Assembly (NCBI GenBank): GCA_030324005.1
Contig: JARDVH010000001.1
Location: 122,230,341 to 122,294,340, forward strand
Source: Negaprion brevirostris
Taxonomy: Eukaryota
DNA: 64,000 bases
Direction: 5' to 3'
Shown here: positions 24,117-37,409 of the stretch, piece after piece
Position numbering within the stretch: position 1 is the first letter of the stretch
Layout of the letters: every line of letters begins with the position of its first letter
Notes under the pieces: generated by a model
Databases searched by the model: none
What the model was told of the DNA's origin: nothing
The model's input: the letters and a program-made list of their open reading frames with translations, nothing else
Translations under genes and position numbers: made by a program

Positions 24117-27100
24117 TGTAGCATTAGGGCATTCGGGACTATAAGGGTTAATGTGAAACCGGAAAACACTACCACCCATATTATGATGCAGGGTCACATA
24201 GGAGTAGTAGAGTGCAGTAGTGAGTCCGTTAGAAGTTGGCATGAAGATAGCACCTGGTTGGGACTGTATCCTGTATATATGTATCTAGTTATGTTGTTAT
24301 TAATAAATTGTTCAACCATATAAGCCTTAAGATCTCTTCATGAGAAAACATACAACATGATGCCAGTTAATGGCAAAATCCCTGAGAATGTAGAAGCAAT
24401 GGAACTGCTAAAGGACAGAAGAAAGATCCACTATACATCGTAAAGACTCCATCAGAGTATGTGGAAATCCATCCTGGGACCCAATCGAAAGCAGAGTCAA
24501 AGGATCTAGCCAGATCGCAAAAGGATGAGCAAATTCCAAAAATTCTAAAATAAGATTTTAAATTTGGCATAATAATCAGGCAGCCCTGGCAGACTGACTG
24601 TTTTAATGAACATAGCTTGAAGAACGCTGCAGTCTGGATCCAAAGTCAACACCTTAATACATGGCAAACCACACACAAACAAACAAAAATGAAGAGAAGT
24701 CAGAGCAAAAATTCAACTTCAATCCAATTCTCTAAGCTCAGGGGAGCAACTAGCTGGCCAAAATTATTCATCCAAAAAATTTTCTGCAGATTTGCAAAAG
24801 TTTAGAGTGACTTCATAACATGGCTGGAGCCAATCAAATCCCAGTAAGCAATGGGAAGTAGAACGAAAACAATTACTGTGGCATCAAAAGAAAATAAAGC
24901 TGTACTCTCTTGTGCTGGAAACAGCCAATTAACACTGCCTGACCAATTAAGGCAGGTGGAAGGGCCAGACCAGGAGTAAAGTTGAATGTTATTGGGAAGA
25001 AGATTTTTGAGATATATGGTAGCATCAGGCTTCAATAAGAAAACAGAGGCTGAATAAATGAAAACACTATAATAATCAGTAGGTCCAATACCTGACGATA
25101 TAATGGCCAGAGAAGAAATAAATAAAAATTCTGATAACAAGACATGAAATCCTTTGAAGAATCAATAAAATTTTGGAGTGAGCTAAAGCCTGGGGAACCC
25201 ATAATGTTAAGATGATCGCAAAGGCTGTGGGGAATCGTTGATAGATCTTCCCATGAGCTTTATGGAATACGTGCCTTATTGAGCAAGTGGAGGTTTACCC
25301 AATAGCAAGCATTCAGTGGGGACTGTTAAACCTCGTTATTTCACCCGGACTAGTGTGGTAGGCCCCGAGATGTTGAACTGCCTAGCTGTGAGCCATAGGA
25401 GCAATCTCTTTCAAGGTGTACAATCAGGGCACTTGGTGACAAGAAACTGGCATTTGGCTGAATTATTATATTGGCAATGAAAAAAAAATTTCTTTCCATC
25501 TTCCTCCTCTGGACAACCTCTGTAAGTTAAGAATCTTCTCTGGTAGGAAAAGCCATTATGCGTCTTTTCAGAAAACCTGAACCCTATGAAACCAGCAGGG
25601 AAGACTGAGCCCAGTATACTGAATGCATGCTAACAACATTGAAAAAGAATCAAAGATGATATTGCTGATGTCATGTAGGGCCTGACTTTCAGCGTGATAA
25701 AAAGTCTGACCTATCCGGACACCTCTGGTTCAAAATCTTTTGATGGGCTGATCAATCTGTTAAAAACTGACAACAACCCGAAGCCTCCTTCAGAGGTATC
25801 ACTTCAACATGTCTAGGAGAACTCCTGGAGAATTTGTCACTGAGATATTGGCTAGGTTGTAGAAATTGGCTGAATACTGTGAAGTTGGACCACCTCTTAA
25901 TGATATGTTGCGAGCCAGATTGGTATGTGGCATAAATGACCTAACCATCCAAAAGAAGCTGTTGGCAGAACCTGAGTTGGACTTTAGAAAAGCCATTGAA
26001 ATAACCTTATCACTTGAGGACGAAGGGGCTCAGGAACTACAGGGAGCATCTTGTAGCAATGTATTCCAACTCAGGGAGAAATCCCATGCAATCAGTTCTC
26101 AATGGAGAGTGCTGGTATAAACCAGGTGTTAAAGGATGAAATAGATTCATATAGGAACTCCATTAGTGTAGGAACCCTAATGTCACCACCTGTCAGTTAA
26201 GGAAAGGCAGTGTGACCTTAAGAATATTGGAGAACCTACTCCAGAAAGGTGCAATTGCCACACAAAAGACTATTGGAAACACTGTCAAATGACGCAGCTG
26301 AGGCAAAGTTTCAGGAGCAGGCGAAATGTGTGCAGCCTTGTGAGAAAGCCAAGGCCACTGCCTGACTATACCATGAAGGTGTTCCCTCCTCCAGAGACAG
26401 GGACACTACAAAATAATGGCAGAATTACTGGTGAAAGGCCATCCCTTCAACATGGAGGTGGACACGGGAGTCACAGTCTCTGTTATCAGAGCACAAACAG
26501 ATAAACATCTCTGATTTGGCATCCAGCTCCTGAGGTCAGAAGATACAAAGGCCAGACTAGTCACCTACGTGGAGCGTCCTTTACAGATAAAAGGAACCAC
26601 AGTGACCCCACTAACTTACAGGCTGCAATCAGCTTACCTCCCATTCATTTTTGTACGGGGCTTTATGAGGAGAGATTGGTTCCAGCTGAACTCGATGGAG
26701 ATCTTCAGACTAGACATGGGGAGATGGTACAAAGTATTCAGTAGATAGATACCCTGGAGTTTTCCAAGGAGGCTTGGGGAAAAATGAAAGGGGCCAAGGC
26801 CAAGATCTACATTGACCCCAGTGCTACACCTAAGTATTTCAGAGCAAGGCTAGTCCCATATTCCATGCTGGAGAAGATGGAAAAATAAACTAGGCCACTT
26901 TGAAAGTCTACGTATAATTATGCTTGTGTAATTTCTGGAAGGGGCTGCCCCTGTAGTCCCTGCTCTTAAGCCTGACAAATCAACTTATCTCTGTGGGGAT
27001 TATAAACTAATGGTCAATTAGATTTCTAAACTTGATATGTACACTATGCCCCAAATTGAATATTTATACGTTAAGATGGCAGGCAGCAAGATATTCTTGA

Positions 27101-29430
27101 AATTGAACATGAGCCACACCTATCTTCAGTTTGAGTTGGATGAGTCCGCCAGGAAATATGTGATGTATAAGGGACTCTATAAGAATACCACCTTGCCTTC
27201 TAGGTCTCATTAGCGTGTGCCATTTTCCAAAGAGTTATGGAGAACATCCTTCAAGGGCTACCTCGATGATGTCTTGGTCATAGGGGCTTTAGAACCTGGC
27301 ATAGAAGAGTCTTGCAGAGACTTTCCAGATTGGGAATTTGCTTGAAGAGGTAGAAATTAGTTTTTTAAATGGCTGAAGTAACCTATTTAGGCTACTGAGT
27401 AGCTGGCAAGGAGTTATATCCAGTAAAAGGTCCAATAAGGGTTTATAGTTAGACCCAAAAAAAATCCAACCCTATCTAAAATAAGGCATATGATTCTACA
27501 TGGGGGTTTCCAAGGACAGCCCTCAGAAAAAATGAAACCCTATCTCAATAAGAAAGATGAACTTGGTGTTGAGGATGGGGTCATTCTTTGGGGGTCACAA
27601 GTAATTGTTCCACCTTCAGGATGGTGTCCAATATTAACAGAACTAAATTAGAATTAATTGGCCACTCCAAGTATCAAAAACATAGATGCTGACTAGAAGT
27701 TACATCTGATGGCCCGATTTTGACTCAGACATCACAGACTTTGTAAAGCAATGTGACCTGTGCCAAGAGAATCAAAAGGTCGCACCCTCAGATTCCAAGT
27801 ACCTATGGGAGTGGCCTGGTGGGTCTTGGGTGAATGTATATGTGGCCTTTATGGATTCCATGTTTTTACTCATGATGGATGCACTCCCTAAGTGGTGCAC
27901 TACATGGGCTCCACATCTTCCCAGGCTACAGCTGAGAAATTACGGCAACGCTTCAGGAGACACAGGATGCTAGCCTGGCTTCCAATGAAGGCACGGCCTT
28001 TACTAGATGTGATTCCCAGAACTCTGTGCTCTCTAATGGTATCCAACACGTCTGAACTGCACCTTATCAGCCAACATCAAATGCACTGTCAGAATGGGCA
28101 GTGCAAATCTTCAAAAAGGCCATGAAGAAGCAACTGGCGGCATCCATGGAGACCAAACTGGCACATTTTTTATTCGATTACAGGACCACACTACACACAA
28201 CAACAGGTTGTGGAAATGGTAATAGGACAATGACTTTGTACCAGAGCAAGCCTGCTATTCCCAAACTTGGCAGGAGGGTAGAGTCTAAACAAGAAAACCA
28301 GAAAGAAATTACAATTCTGCAAGGACAGAAAGAACGTTCGCAACCGGTGATCTGGTTTGTGTGAGAAACTTCAGGGTTGATCCCAGTTGGGTCCCTGGGA
28401 TTGTTAGGGAGAAAACAGAACCAGGGTTGTAGGAAGTCCAATTCCAGGGTAAAACCTTGAAGAAGCATTGGACCATCTCAGAGCCAGAGAGTCCCTGCCT
28501 GATCAGGTTCCACTACCAGCCATGGATATGGCCACTGCTAGTGCCAGCCCACAGCTGGAAGCTGAATCCACATTAGCCTCTCTGGATAGTGAAGGGACAG
28601 ACTCGGAGATGGAGGCTTGAAGGGGTGGCCTCCAGGCTGAAGCAGAAGCTGCTTTGGTAATGTTTTGATGGTCTCTCTGGAAATGAAGGTCCCCTGTCTG
28701 GATTACACTGCCTGACCAAGCCCCACATCCGATGGATCTTTGACTGATCACTAAACAAAGCCAGGGGCTTTTATGCAATAGTGGTGCTGGGAGAGACTTG
28801 GACCTAAGCAGGGGAGATGTTATGATGGCCACAAAGGATCATCAATATATCTCCCCATGGGTTTCATGGAGTACAAGTTCCCTTATTGAGCAGGTGGAGG
28901 TTTGACCAGTAGGAAGCATTCAGCAGAGCTGTTAAACCTCTTATTTCAGCCTGAGCGGTATTGTAGGTCCTGAGAGGTTGCACTACCTAGCTGGGAGCCA
29001 TGGGATCAGTCTGTGCTTTGGCGACGGGAAACTGGAGTTCGGCTGAGTCACGCAAACTCTTTAATAAATGAGCGTTACAGATTGGCTGAAGGCCGTGACT
29101 TTGGCGACCTCAAGGTGGAGCTCATAAGAGACTGGATAGTCATTCAGATACTCATTCAGATATCCTCTAATCTAATGAAGATCTGACTAAGGAAAGAGCT
29201 ATCCAAATCATCAGAAAATCAGAATTCTGCCAACAAAGCCATTCCATTTTGCATGGACAAGTTAAACCATGGTCCAGAGCAACCCCACAGTTCAGCTCAG
29301 AAAGCAATAGAAGGGCAAGGAGACTACAGCACAGGAAAGCAATACCCAAGCAAAACATCAGGTGATGGCAGACCATGTCTACACTGTGGCACCAAAAGAC
29401 CTCACACATGAGTGGTGCCCTTCAATCATT
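24117..29430 (+). mobile_element. Host Gypsy LTR retrotransposon remnant (LTR 24117-24357 plus gag), split by a second Gypsy
   Basis: TG...CA LTR with AATAAA followed by PBS-like tgatgccag; gag text RRFLRYMVASGFNKKTEAE before and YRLAEGRDFGDLKVELIRDWIV plus CLHCG...H...CP knuckle after the insertion. Confidence 0.75.
25205..29050 (+). mobile_element. Gypsy (Ty3) LTR retrotransposon, decayed, with paired LTRs (25205-25470, 28818-29050)
   Basis: Alignable LTRs starting TGTTA; PBS-like tggcaatga; PPT aagcaggggaga; gag LAEYCEVG..LNDMLRARLVCGIND, protease MEVDTG, RT APVVPALKPD..LCGDYK and YLDDVLV, integrase region FLFDYRTTLHTTTG; RNase H region appears deleted. Confidence 0.95.
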
Positions 29431-30076
29431 GCAGTGCTTTCACTGAAATCAGCTGTTGTTCACTCAGTTTGCTGCAGTTTATTGAGGCTGTTTAAATAGA
29501 TCCTATTTGGGTAATTAGACTCTTTGTGGTTAAGTCCTACTGTGGCTTAAACTCTCTGGCTGGCACAGTAATGTCAACAGTTGCTTTGATCAGAAAAATG
29601 CCCTAAGGCATTTCACAAATGGTGATGAGGTGTTGCCGCAGCTGGAGTGAAGGAACTCACTCATATTCCTTCTGCTGGTTGGATTACACAATAAAATCCA
29701 AAGAAAAGGAAATCACTTAGCCCCATAGCCTAGAGGTAAAAGTGGGATTGAGCAAAAGTACAGCTAATGCAAAGGGGGANNNNNNNNNNNNNNNNNNNNN
29801 NNNNNNNNNNNNNNNNNNNNNNNNNNNNNNNNNNNNNNNNNNNNNNNNNNNNNNNNNNNNNNNNNNNNNNNNNNNNNNNNNNNNNNNNNNNNNNNNNNNN
29901 NNNNNNNNNNNNNNNNNNNNNNNNNNNNNNNNNNNNNNNNNNNNNNNNNNNNNNNNNNNNNNNNNNNNNNNNNNNNNNNNNNNNNNNNNNNNNNNNNNNN
30001 NNNNNNNNNNNNNNNNNNNNNNNNNNNNNNNNNNNNNNNNNNCAGCCTACCACACTCATCTTCTGCACTTACACAT

Positions 30077-30401
30077 GAGGCATGGTAGCACAGTGGTTAG
30101 CACTGCTGTCTCACAGCACCAAGGATCAGGGTTCAATTCCAGTCTCCGGTCTGTGTAGAGTTTGTACATTTTCCCTGTGTCTGCCTGGGTTTCCTCTGGG
30201 TTCTCTGGTTTCCTCCCACACTCCGAAGACGAGCAGATTAGGTTGATAGGTTATGTTAAATTGCCCCTTCGTGTCCTAAGATATGTAGGTAAGGGGGTTA
30301 GCAGAGTTATGGGTATCGGGTCTAGCTAAGATGCTCTTTTGGAGAATCAGTGCAGAATCAATGGGCTGAATAACCTCCTCCTGCACTGTAGGGATTCTGT
30401 G
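30077..30401 (+). mobile_element. HE1-like V-SINE, full length
   Basis: ggcatggtagcacagtggttagcactgct (A box), gggttcaattcc (B box), V-domain, CR1-like tail gcactgtagggattctgtg. Confidence 0.9.
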
Positions 30402-31769
30402 AATGGCCACTATGATGATGTGCAGCAGCTTCCTGACACTTTTGAATGTGCAGCCCAACTATAGGTAACATCTTCAGAAGATGGAAATGATATTAATATA
30501 ATATATGGCCTAGGACACTCTGGTATACTATGGATTTCACAATGCCCCATGCGCTGAGAGCATTGTTGTGTGTTAGCCCAGACTTTAGTAAGATAGTGCT
30601 CTTGCAAAGGTGAAAAAACACAAAAATTCACATGTGCCATCCATAATTTTAATTAATTTGATTGCTTCAGAATTATTCTATGTTGTGTGCCCTAGATTTG
30701 TAATACTGAATGATATTTATACATAAACAAAATATATAAAGTTCTAAACAACTCTGCAAGGGTAAATGGGGAATTATGCAAAATCAATGTGTAGCACACA
30801 CATATGGGCTATGTCAGGAAAAACAATTCAGATTGCAGTGAGCTAGGCATTTATTCATTTCCCAACCATATTCTCTTTAAATATAAAATAAAGTCTCATG
30901 TTTTCATATTTTAAATGAGATTTTCCTCATTCAAATTGCCACCCAATATACCGCAGAAGATGAACAGATGCATATATATTGATTTAATCCCAAACACAGA
31001 CAGGAAACAGTATCACAGATGTTCAACATGGCTCAAGATTCTCACAATCAATACGGACATAGTCAATTCTAATTACAGCAAGAGATACAGATTTATAGGG
31101 ACACAGTAAATGCACATCACCACAAATAAACAGGCATAACAAAACACAGACAAGACTCATAGACAAAGACCTGCTTTTTACAGTCCCCCACCAGCTCCCT
31201 GCTGGCAGGTTTTGTGGTGGCAGAGTATGAAATTGAATCAAAGGTATTTCCTCCAGGCCCCCACCATCACAACCTGGAAGAAGCTTTCCGCTGGAATGAG
31301 CAGCATGGCCTGTTGGAATTGGGGGGAGGTGTTCCCTGCCCATCTCTGAATGGTGAGGCCAAGGCCCCATCTGGAAAATTCAGGCCAAAACATCACATCA
31401 GCAGATCAAATGATAAAAGCAATGAACAAACAAAAACATACATACATAAAAATACCGAATTAGAGATAAAATAACATAACACATAAAATTTACACTATGC
31501 CACGAGAGGTCAACTACAGCAGTTACATCCTCGCATTAGGAATTGGTAATGTTCTAGGGAAAATATATAAACTTCAAGACCACAATTTCTTCCACCTAAC
31601 CATAAAAAAGGTTCACACTTCCTGTAAAACTCTGTATCAGAGGCAAATTTATTTCAATGTAAACAAATTTATTCTATACCTGACTGAGTCATGTTCTTAA
31701 CCTGGTTGCCTTTCAGCCCTGGCACTCATATGTCTGAGTTCTTCCCCAAGAGGCGCAATGAGCCTTGGA

Positions 31770-32098
31770 AAGCATTGGAGCAGGAATAGGCTATTCAGCC
31801 CCATGACTCCAATCTGTAATTCTATACAGAACATGGCCCCTCTGTATCTTACCCGCCTTTTTCCCTATCCCTTCATACCCATGCCTAACAAAAGTTTTAA
31901 ATCTCAGTTTTGAAATTCGAATTTGGTCTAGCTATAAATGCTTTTTGGAGAATATTCAAACTTTCAATAGCTTGTATGTGAAGCAGTGCTTCCTGACATC
32001 AAAAGACATCACTCTAATTTTCTGTTTATGTTCCTTTGGCCTGTGTCCCAAGAGAAACTAGTTTCTCATTACCTACCCTCAAATCTTTTTACCACCTT
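31770..32098 (-). mobile_element. CR1 LINE 3' remnant
   Basis: ggagcaggaataggctattcagcccc head matches the CR1 tail at 1105-1150. Confidence 0.6.
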
Positions 32099-32100
32099 AA

Positions 32101-35100
32101 TGTGAGGCCTCAGATTCCCAACTTCTGACTTCAGCCATGGTCAGATGCTGGACCCTGCCCACTTTGGGGCAGTGGGTTCCCATCAGCAGAAGCCACGGGC
32201 AGGGAGAGAGAGAGAGAACAACAGCAAGGAACGGGGATAGAAACCTGGGACTTGTGAGTTGCAGCTGGAGGAGCCAAGGCCACAAGTAGGGAAGCCCAAA
32301 GTCTGTGATGGTGGCAAGGAAACTGAGAAGTGGGAATGGAGCAGATGTACATAGGTGGAGACCTAAGTAGAGCCTGGATAGCACCCATGAGTTTGAGAGG
32401 CCATAAGGAGAGTAAGATGCCCTTCATATCAGGGAGACGAGGTAATCTGGTTCATATGTCATGGGAAATCGGTATAAGGAGCTCCATCAACTGATCACTG
32501 CAGAAGAATTAAGCTCTTGATCTCCTGGTAGATCTGGAGTGTCGGTTGCGAATTATCTCTGTAAATAGTTTGTGTCTTGGAGTTAATCTTTTCTACTTTT
32601 ATAAAGATTTTATGCCAATCGAATAACAGACATAAATTATCAACCTTGTGTCATGTAACACCTTGGAGTCAGAAGTGGGATTGCACAGCACTAGCATCAG
32701 GTCATAGTGGACGAGGTGGAAAGGTGCCTGGCTGAGACAGAGCTATTAGTGGAGGAATTAAACCTGGCTATGTCCACCAGGGAGGCCTAAGATGCTGCAA
32801 TCGCTTTGGGGGCTTAGATGTTGATGGAGAAAATCAGACTTTTGGGCCAAAACCAAGCAGAGACTCCCTGTGTGCTTTCACTCGACTCTGCAAAGGAAGT
32901 AAATGGTTCTTCTGAAGGAGAATTCTATCTGGCAATGAGCAGAAAGCTGAGTAGACTTGGTGTGGGGGTGGGGGGTGACGGGGGGAGAACAGAAACATCT
33001 AATGATGTGTTGGATTGACTGGACTGAGGACTGACAGCTGGTTATGGTGTTTATAGATCTGAATGAGAGTGTGCAGACAGCATTCATGCTGGAACACCAG
33101 TGTTGGAAACCCAAAGTGAAATAATGGGAGAGGTTTAGTATAAAAGTCTAGCACATACAGGGTTAACATGGGACTGAATACTCTACTGCCCACACAGAGA
33201 ACAAATAATCTGCAACTAGGGGTCAGCCTCATGTTGGACATAGCTCTGTGCACAAGCAAGCACGGACACAGTTCCTAGCTTGAGCACGATAGTGTATATA
33301 TGTACATTGTTCTTATAGTTAATAAAAACACAGTTAATCTACTTAATACTACAAAAACTTCATTAATAACTACCAAATAGTATTCAACAACCTAGAACAA
33401 GAGGTATAAAGAGGTCTGTGGTGGATCTTTGGAGCCCTGGCGTGGGTGTTTGGGGACAGCAGTGGCCTGCATAGTTGTAGCAGATGTTTTACGAATACAA
33501 ACAAGCCAAAAGAGAAGATCTGATCTCCGCATTACTGGAACTGGTGAAGTCGTTCAATCACATCATCGTCCTCCTGGACCCCTCCTTCAATTCAACTACA
33601 GACATGCAGCTGATGCAGTGAGGAGTAGAAATACCTTAAGGCCTTAAAGAGAAGGCTTAATTGTGACAAACCCCAGTTGTCCTTCTTAAAGGCTTAGAAT
33701 CACATCAACATGATCATAGGGAAAGACTGAACTCTGAGGACTATCATTGCACCACCACTGTTCCTCAGGCTCATACCAGATGTCATCAATTGATTGACAT
33801 CAGGTTTTGCCAGAGCATCGCATTTCACAAATGGCAGATGTACCTCTTGGTGTAACTCTCATTACTATTGGAGAAAAGGGTAGGGTACCCATGTAGTTCA
33901 CTAATTTCAGCAACAAGGATATTTTCCTCCAATAGAGAACACACATAGATGTCCTTCAACCTGCTACTGTTCTGAGGAATAAGCCTACTTGGGAAGACAT
34001 CTCAAAGCTCATCACAAAGATGGATGACAGTGAGTTGGAGGAGGCCCAGAGGAGACAGCTTTCACCAAGTACAGGAAACTTCCATAATGAGTACTGTGAC
34101 CTGGAGAGAGACAGGATTGTGACTGAAGGTGACTGCCCAGTAAAGATTACTCATTGCCAGATCCCACCACTTCACTGGAAGGGAGTCGAGGAATAGCTGC
34201 AGAAGAACAAAGCATCATCAGAGAGTCAGATCCATACAGCTACCCCCATAGACCTCATGAGGATGAACAATAAGGATCTGTGTTGATAAGTCAATGTGCA
34301 GACACATATCTGCCCTTGATTGAGGAAGCATTACAAATCCTAAAGTTGAGAAGTGTTACTGTAGTCTCTATTTGACCCATGGTTATAACCAACCACACAC
34401 TGCCATGGAAGACATTGAAAAGACTGTATTCCGAGTAGGCACTGGAGGACTTTAGGAATTCACAAGAATTTGGGTTTTGTAATGTCCTGTCATCTTCATG
34501 CTTGTAATGGGTAAGATCTCTGGGGACCTTAATTTTTTGTCCCTCCATGTGTATCTGAACAATACAGTCATCTTCAGCTCGACAATCAGAGCCCTTTGAA
34601 AGATTAGACACCAGCTTAGCCTGCCTACTGAAGCTTAATTTGATGGTGGCGAGGGAACTGGGAAGTGGGAATAGAACAGGTGCACAACTGCTACAGACCT
34701 AGGCAGAGCCTAGACAGCACTCATGAGTTTGAGAGGCCGCAAGGAGAGTAAGATCCCCTTCGTATCTGGGAAACATGGTAATCTGGTTCACATGATCACA
34801 GGAAATTAGCTACAGGAGCTCCATCAACTGAAGATCTGCTTCCTAGCACGCCTGCCCAAGGCTCGTAAGATTGTGCACAAGGCTTATGGAGAATGCCGTT
34901 CTGTGAGTCTCAGAGCCGGTAAATCAGGGTCCAAGAGTGAAGCCCTCTGAGGGCAGAGCCTGGTGGACCTGGAGGGTTGGTCACAAATGTCCCCTGTAAA
35001 TAACTTGTTTCTTGAAGTTAAGTTTTTATATTAATGTTTATCAAAATTTGACACCAGTGCGATAGAGGATCCTGTATTATTAATCTCATGCAGTCTGTAT

Positions 35101-35150
35101 GTTTGAATCTCACATCAAATTAAACACCACAACTACAATACCCTGCAACA
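32101..35150 (+). mobile_element. Internally deleted Gypsy LTR element with tRNA-Leu-type PBS
   Basis: Direct repeats 32290-32640 and 34630-35090; 5' LTR TG(32101)...CA(32660); PBS tggagtcagaagtgggat at 32664-32681; RT text EDIEKTVFRVGTGGL*EF near 34405-34460. Confidence 0.85.
33135..33390 (+). mobile_element. Solo LTR nested in the 32101-35150 element
   Basis: gggttaacatgg, tgtatatatgta and AATAAA layout resembles LTR 24117-24357; ends ...tcaaca. Confidence 0.5.
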
Positions 35151-35169
35151 TCCTACATTTGTGGAGGAT

Positions 35170-36170
35170 GAACAAGACAAGGGAATGTACAATAAATGGT
35201 AGAATGTGCAGACAAGTGTAGTGGAACAAAGAGACCATGTAATACCCTGAAGGTGGCACGAGAGATAGATTAGATATTTAAGAAGGCAGATAGGATATTT
35301 TCCTTCATTATCTCAGGCACAAGAGATAACAGCAGGAAAGTTATGTCAGAATACTAAAACACTAGTAAGACTACAGCTAGAATACAGTCCTGGCCACCAC
35401 ATTACAGGAAGGATGTGACTGTACTAAAGCGGGTACAGAGGCATACGATGATGCTGTTAGGAATGGAGAAGTTCATCAATGACAAAGATTGAATAGGCTG
35501 GGTTTGTTTTCTTTGGAAGAGAGGAGACTGGTGGGAGATTGAATTAGGGTGAATAAAATTATGAGGGTTTTTTATTCATTTGTGGGGTATGGGCATCACT
35601 GGTTAGCCAGCCTTTGCTGTCCATTGCTAGGTGCCCAAAGATAGTTGAGAATCAACCATATTGTTGTGGCTCTGGAATCACTTGTAAGTTGGACCAGGTA
35701 ACACAGCAGATTTCCTTTCCTAAAGGACATTGGTGAATCCAGTTGGATTTTTCCGACAATCGACAATGGTTTCACAGTCATGAAGAGATTCTTAATTCCA
35801 GATTTTTCTTGTATTGACATCAAATTCCATCATTTGCTGAGGCAGGATTTGAATCTGAGTCCGCAACACATTGGCTGAGTTTCTGGATTAATATTCTAGT
35901 GATAATTCCACTGAGGCATCACCATTGCTAAGATGCAGGTTCAGTGGATAGGAAGGACCCATTTCCCTCAGCAGGGAAGTCAATAGTCAAAGAGCATAGC
36001 TTGAAAGTAATTGGCAGACTGATAAGGAAGTTGAGGAGAACATTTTGTGCTTTTCTGGAACAAACTCTCTGAAAGGTGGGAGAAATGGAAAATTGCATCA
36101 TATTTTTAAAAAAACTTGGGTACACATTTGTAATGCTGTACAGGACTGTGGATTGGAAGACGGGATTAAT
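35170..36170 (+). mobile_element. CR1 LINE 3' fragment with nested SINE (35568-35925, minus)
   Basis: LVRLQLEY...PHYRKDV..LKRVQR-type text; nested copy of the tRNA-head SINE family. Confidence 0.8.
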
Positions 36171-36578
36171 CTGAACATTTCCTGTGTTTATTAGGTTAGT
36201 TATACCCTGTAATTAGTTCAAATTTGTCCATATACTCAGTATCTCTGCTTTAATTCTCCTAACTCTGCCACAACAGATCAGGCTAACACATTTATAACTT
36301 CCTGTTTCTCTCTCTCAATCATCTTAATTAAATGAAAATTAACTAGAAATAATTGAAGAGCTTCAAAGTACGAACTGCAAATGTAATAAAAATTCATCTA
36401 TTAAAACAATAATTCTTCCTAATAGAATCATTTACATTTTCTACCCCATCACATTAACAATATTAAAATGGGTCTTTCAGCTCCTGCTCTCCAAGAATAA
36501 GTGACTCCATAATATTCATATGTATTATCAATCAGTTCATCAAATAAAACCAGTGTTCACGGTTGAGATCTAACTGAA

Positions 36579-37385
36579 TTGTGAGAAGTCTCACAACACC
36601 AGGTTAAAGTCCAACAGCTTTATTTGGTAGCACAAACTTTCGGAGCACTGCCCCTTCATCAGGTGAGTGGGAGTTGTGTTCACAAAAAGGGCAAATATAG
36701 ACACAAGTTCAGTTTACAAGATAATGGTTGGAATGCAAATCTTTACAGGTAATCTTAAAGGTACAGACAATGCGAGAGGAGAGAGGATTAAGCACAGGTT
36801 GTCTCTAGCCAGGACAGTTAGTGAGATTTTGCAAGCCCAGGCAATCACCAGGCAGGAATGTTCTCTTCCTGTTGGGGAACACTTCAGCAGTGACAGGCAT
36901 TCAGCTTCTGATCTTCGGGTAAGCGTTCTTCAAGGCGGCCTTCACGGCACACGACATTGCAGAATCACTGAGCAGAGACTGATAGCCAAGTTCCGCACAC
37001 ATGAGGGCGGCCTCAACAGGAATCTTGGGTTCATGTCACACTATCTGTAACCCCCATGACTTGCCTGGGCTTGCACAATCTCACTAACTATCCTGTCTGG
37101 AGACAATACACATCTCTTTAACCTATGCTTAACGCTCTCTCCACTCACATTGTCTGTACCTTAAAAGACTTGATTTCCCGTAAAGACTTGCATTCCAACC
37201 ATTACCTTGTAAATTGAATTTGTGTCTTTATATGCCCTGTTTGTGAAAACAACTCTCACTCACCTGATGAAGGAGCAGCACTCTGAAAGCTTGTGCTACC
37301 AAATAAACCTGTTGGACTTTAACCCGGTGTGGTGAGACTACTTACTGTGCTTACCCCAGTCCAACGCCGGCATCTCTATATCATC
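36579..37385 (+). mobile_element. Penelope-like insertion with inverted terminal repeat and 10-bp TSD
   Basis: 36582-36845 is the reverse complement of about 37060-37345; GIY-YIG C-terminus LPVGEHFSSDRHSASDLRVSVLQGGL...EQRLIAKFRTHEGGLNRNLGFMSHYL; TSD tctaactgaa at 36569-36578 and 37386-37395. Confidence 0.95.
37256..37340 (+). ncRNA. Minimal hammerhead ribozyme motif in Penelope terminal repeat
   Basis: CTGATGA (37264-37270), stem II ggag-cagca-ctct, GAAA (37285-37288), short stem III agc-ttgt-gct; mirror copy on minus strand at about 36625-36668. Confidence 0.7.
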
Positions 37386-37409
37386 TCTAACTGAACCACA
37401 CTATTCAGG

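Noticed and set aside
25866-26120. Possible domesticated gag gene
   Set aside because: Part of a frameshifted, stop-ridden Gypsy copy; no sign of preserved long ORF
30077-30145. tRNA-like A/B boxes
   Set aside because: Head of a V-SINE, not a tRNA gene
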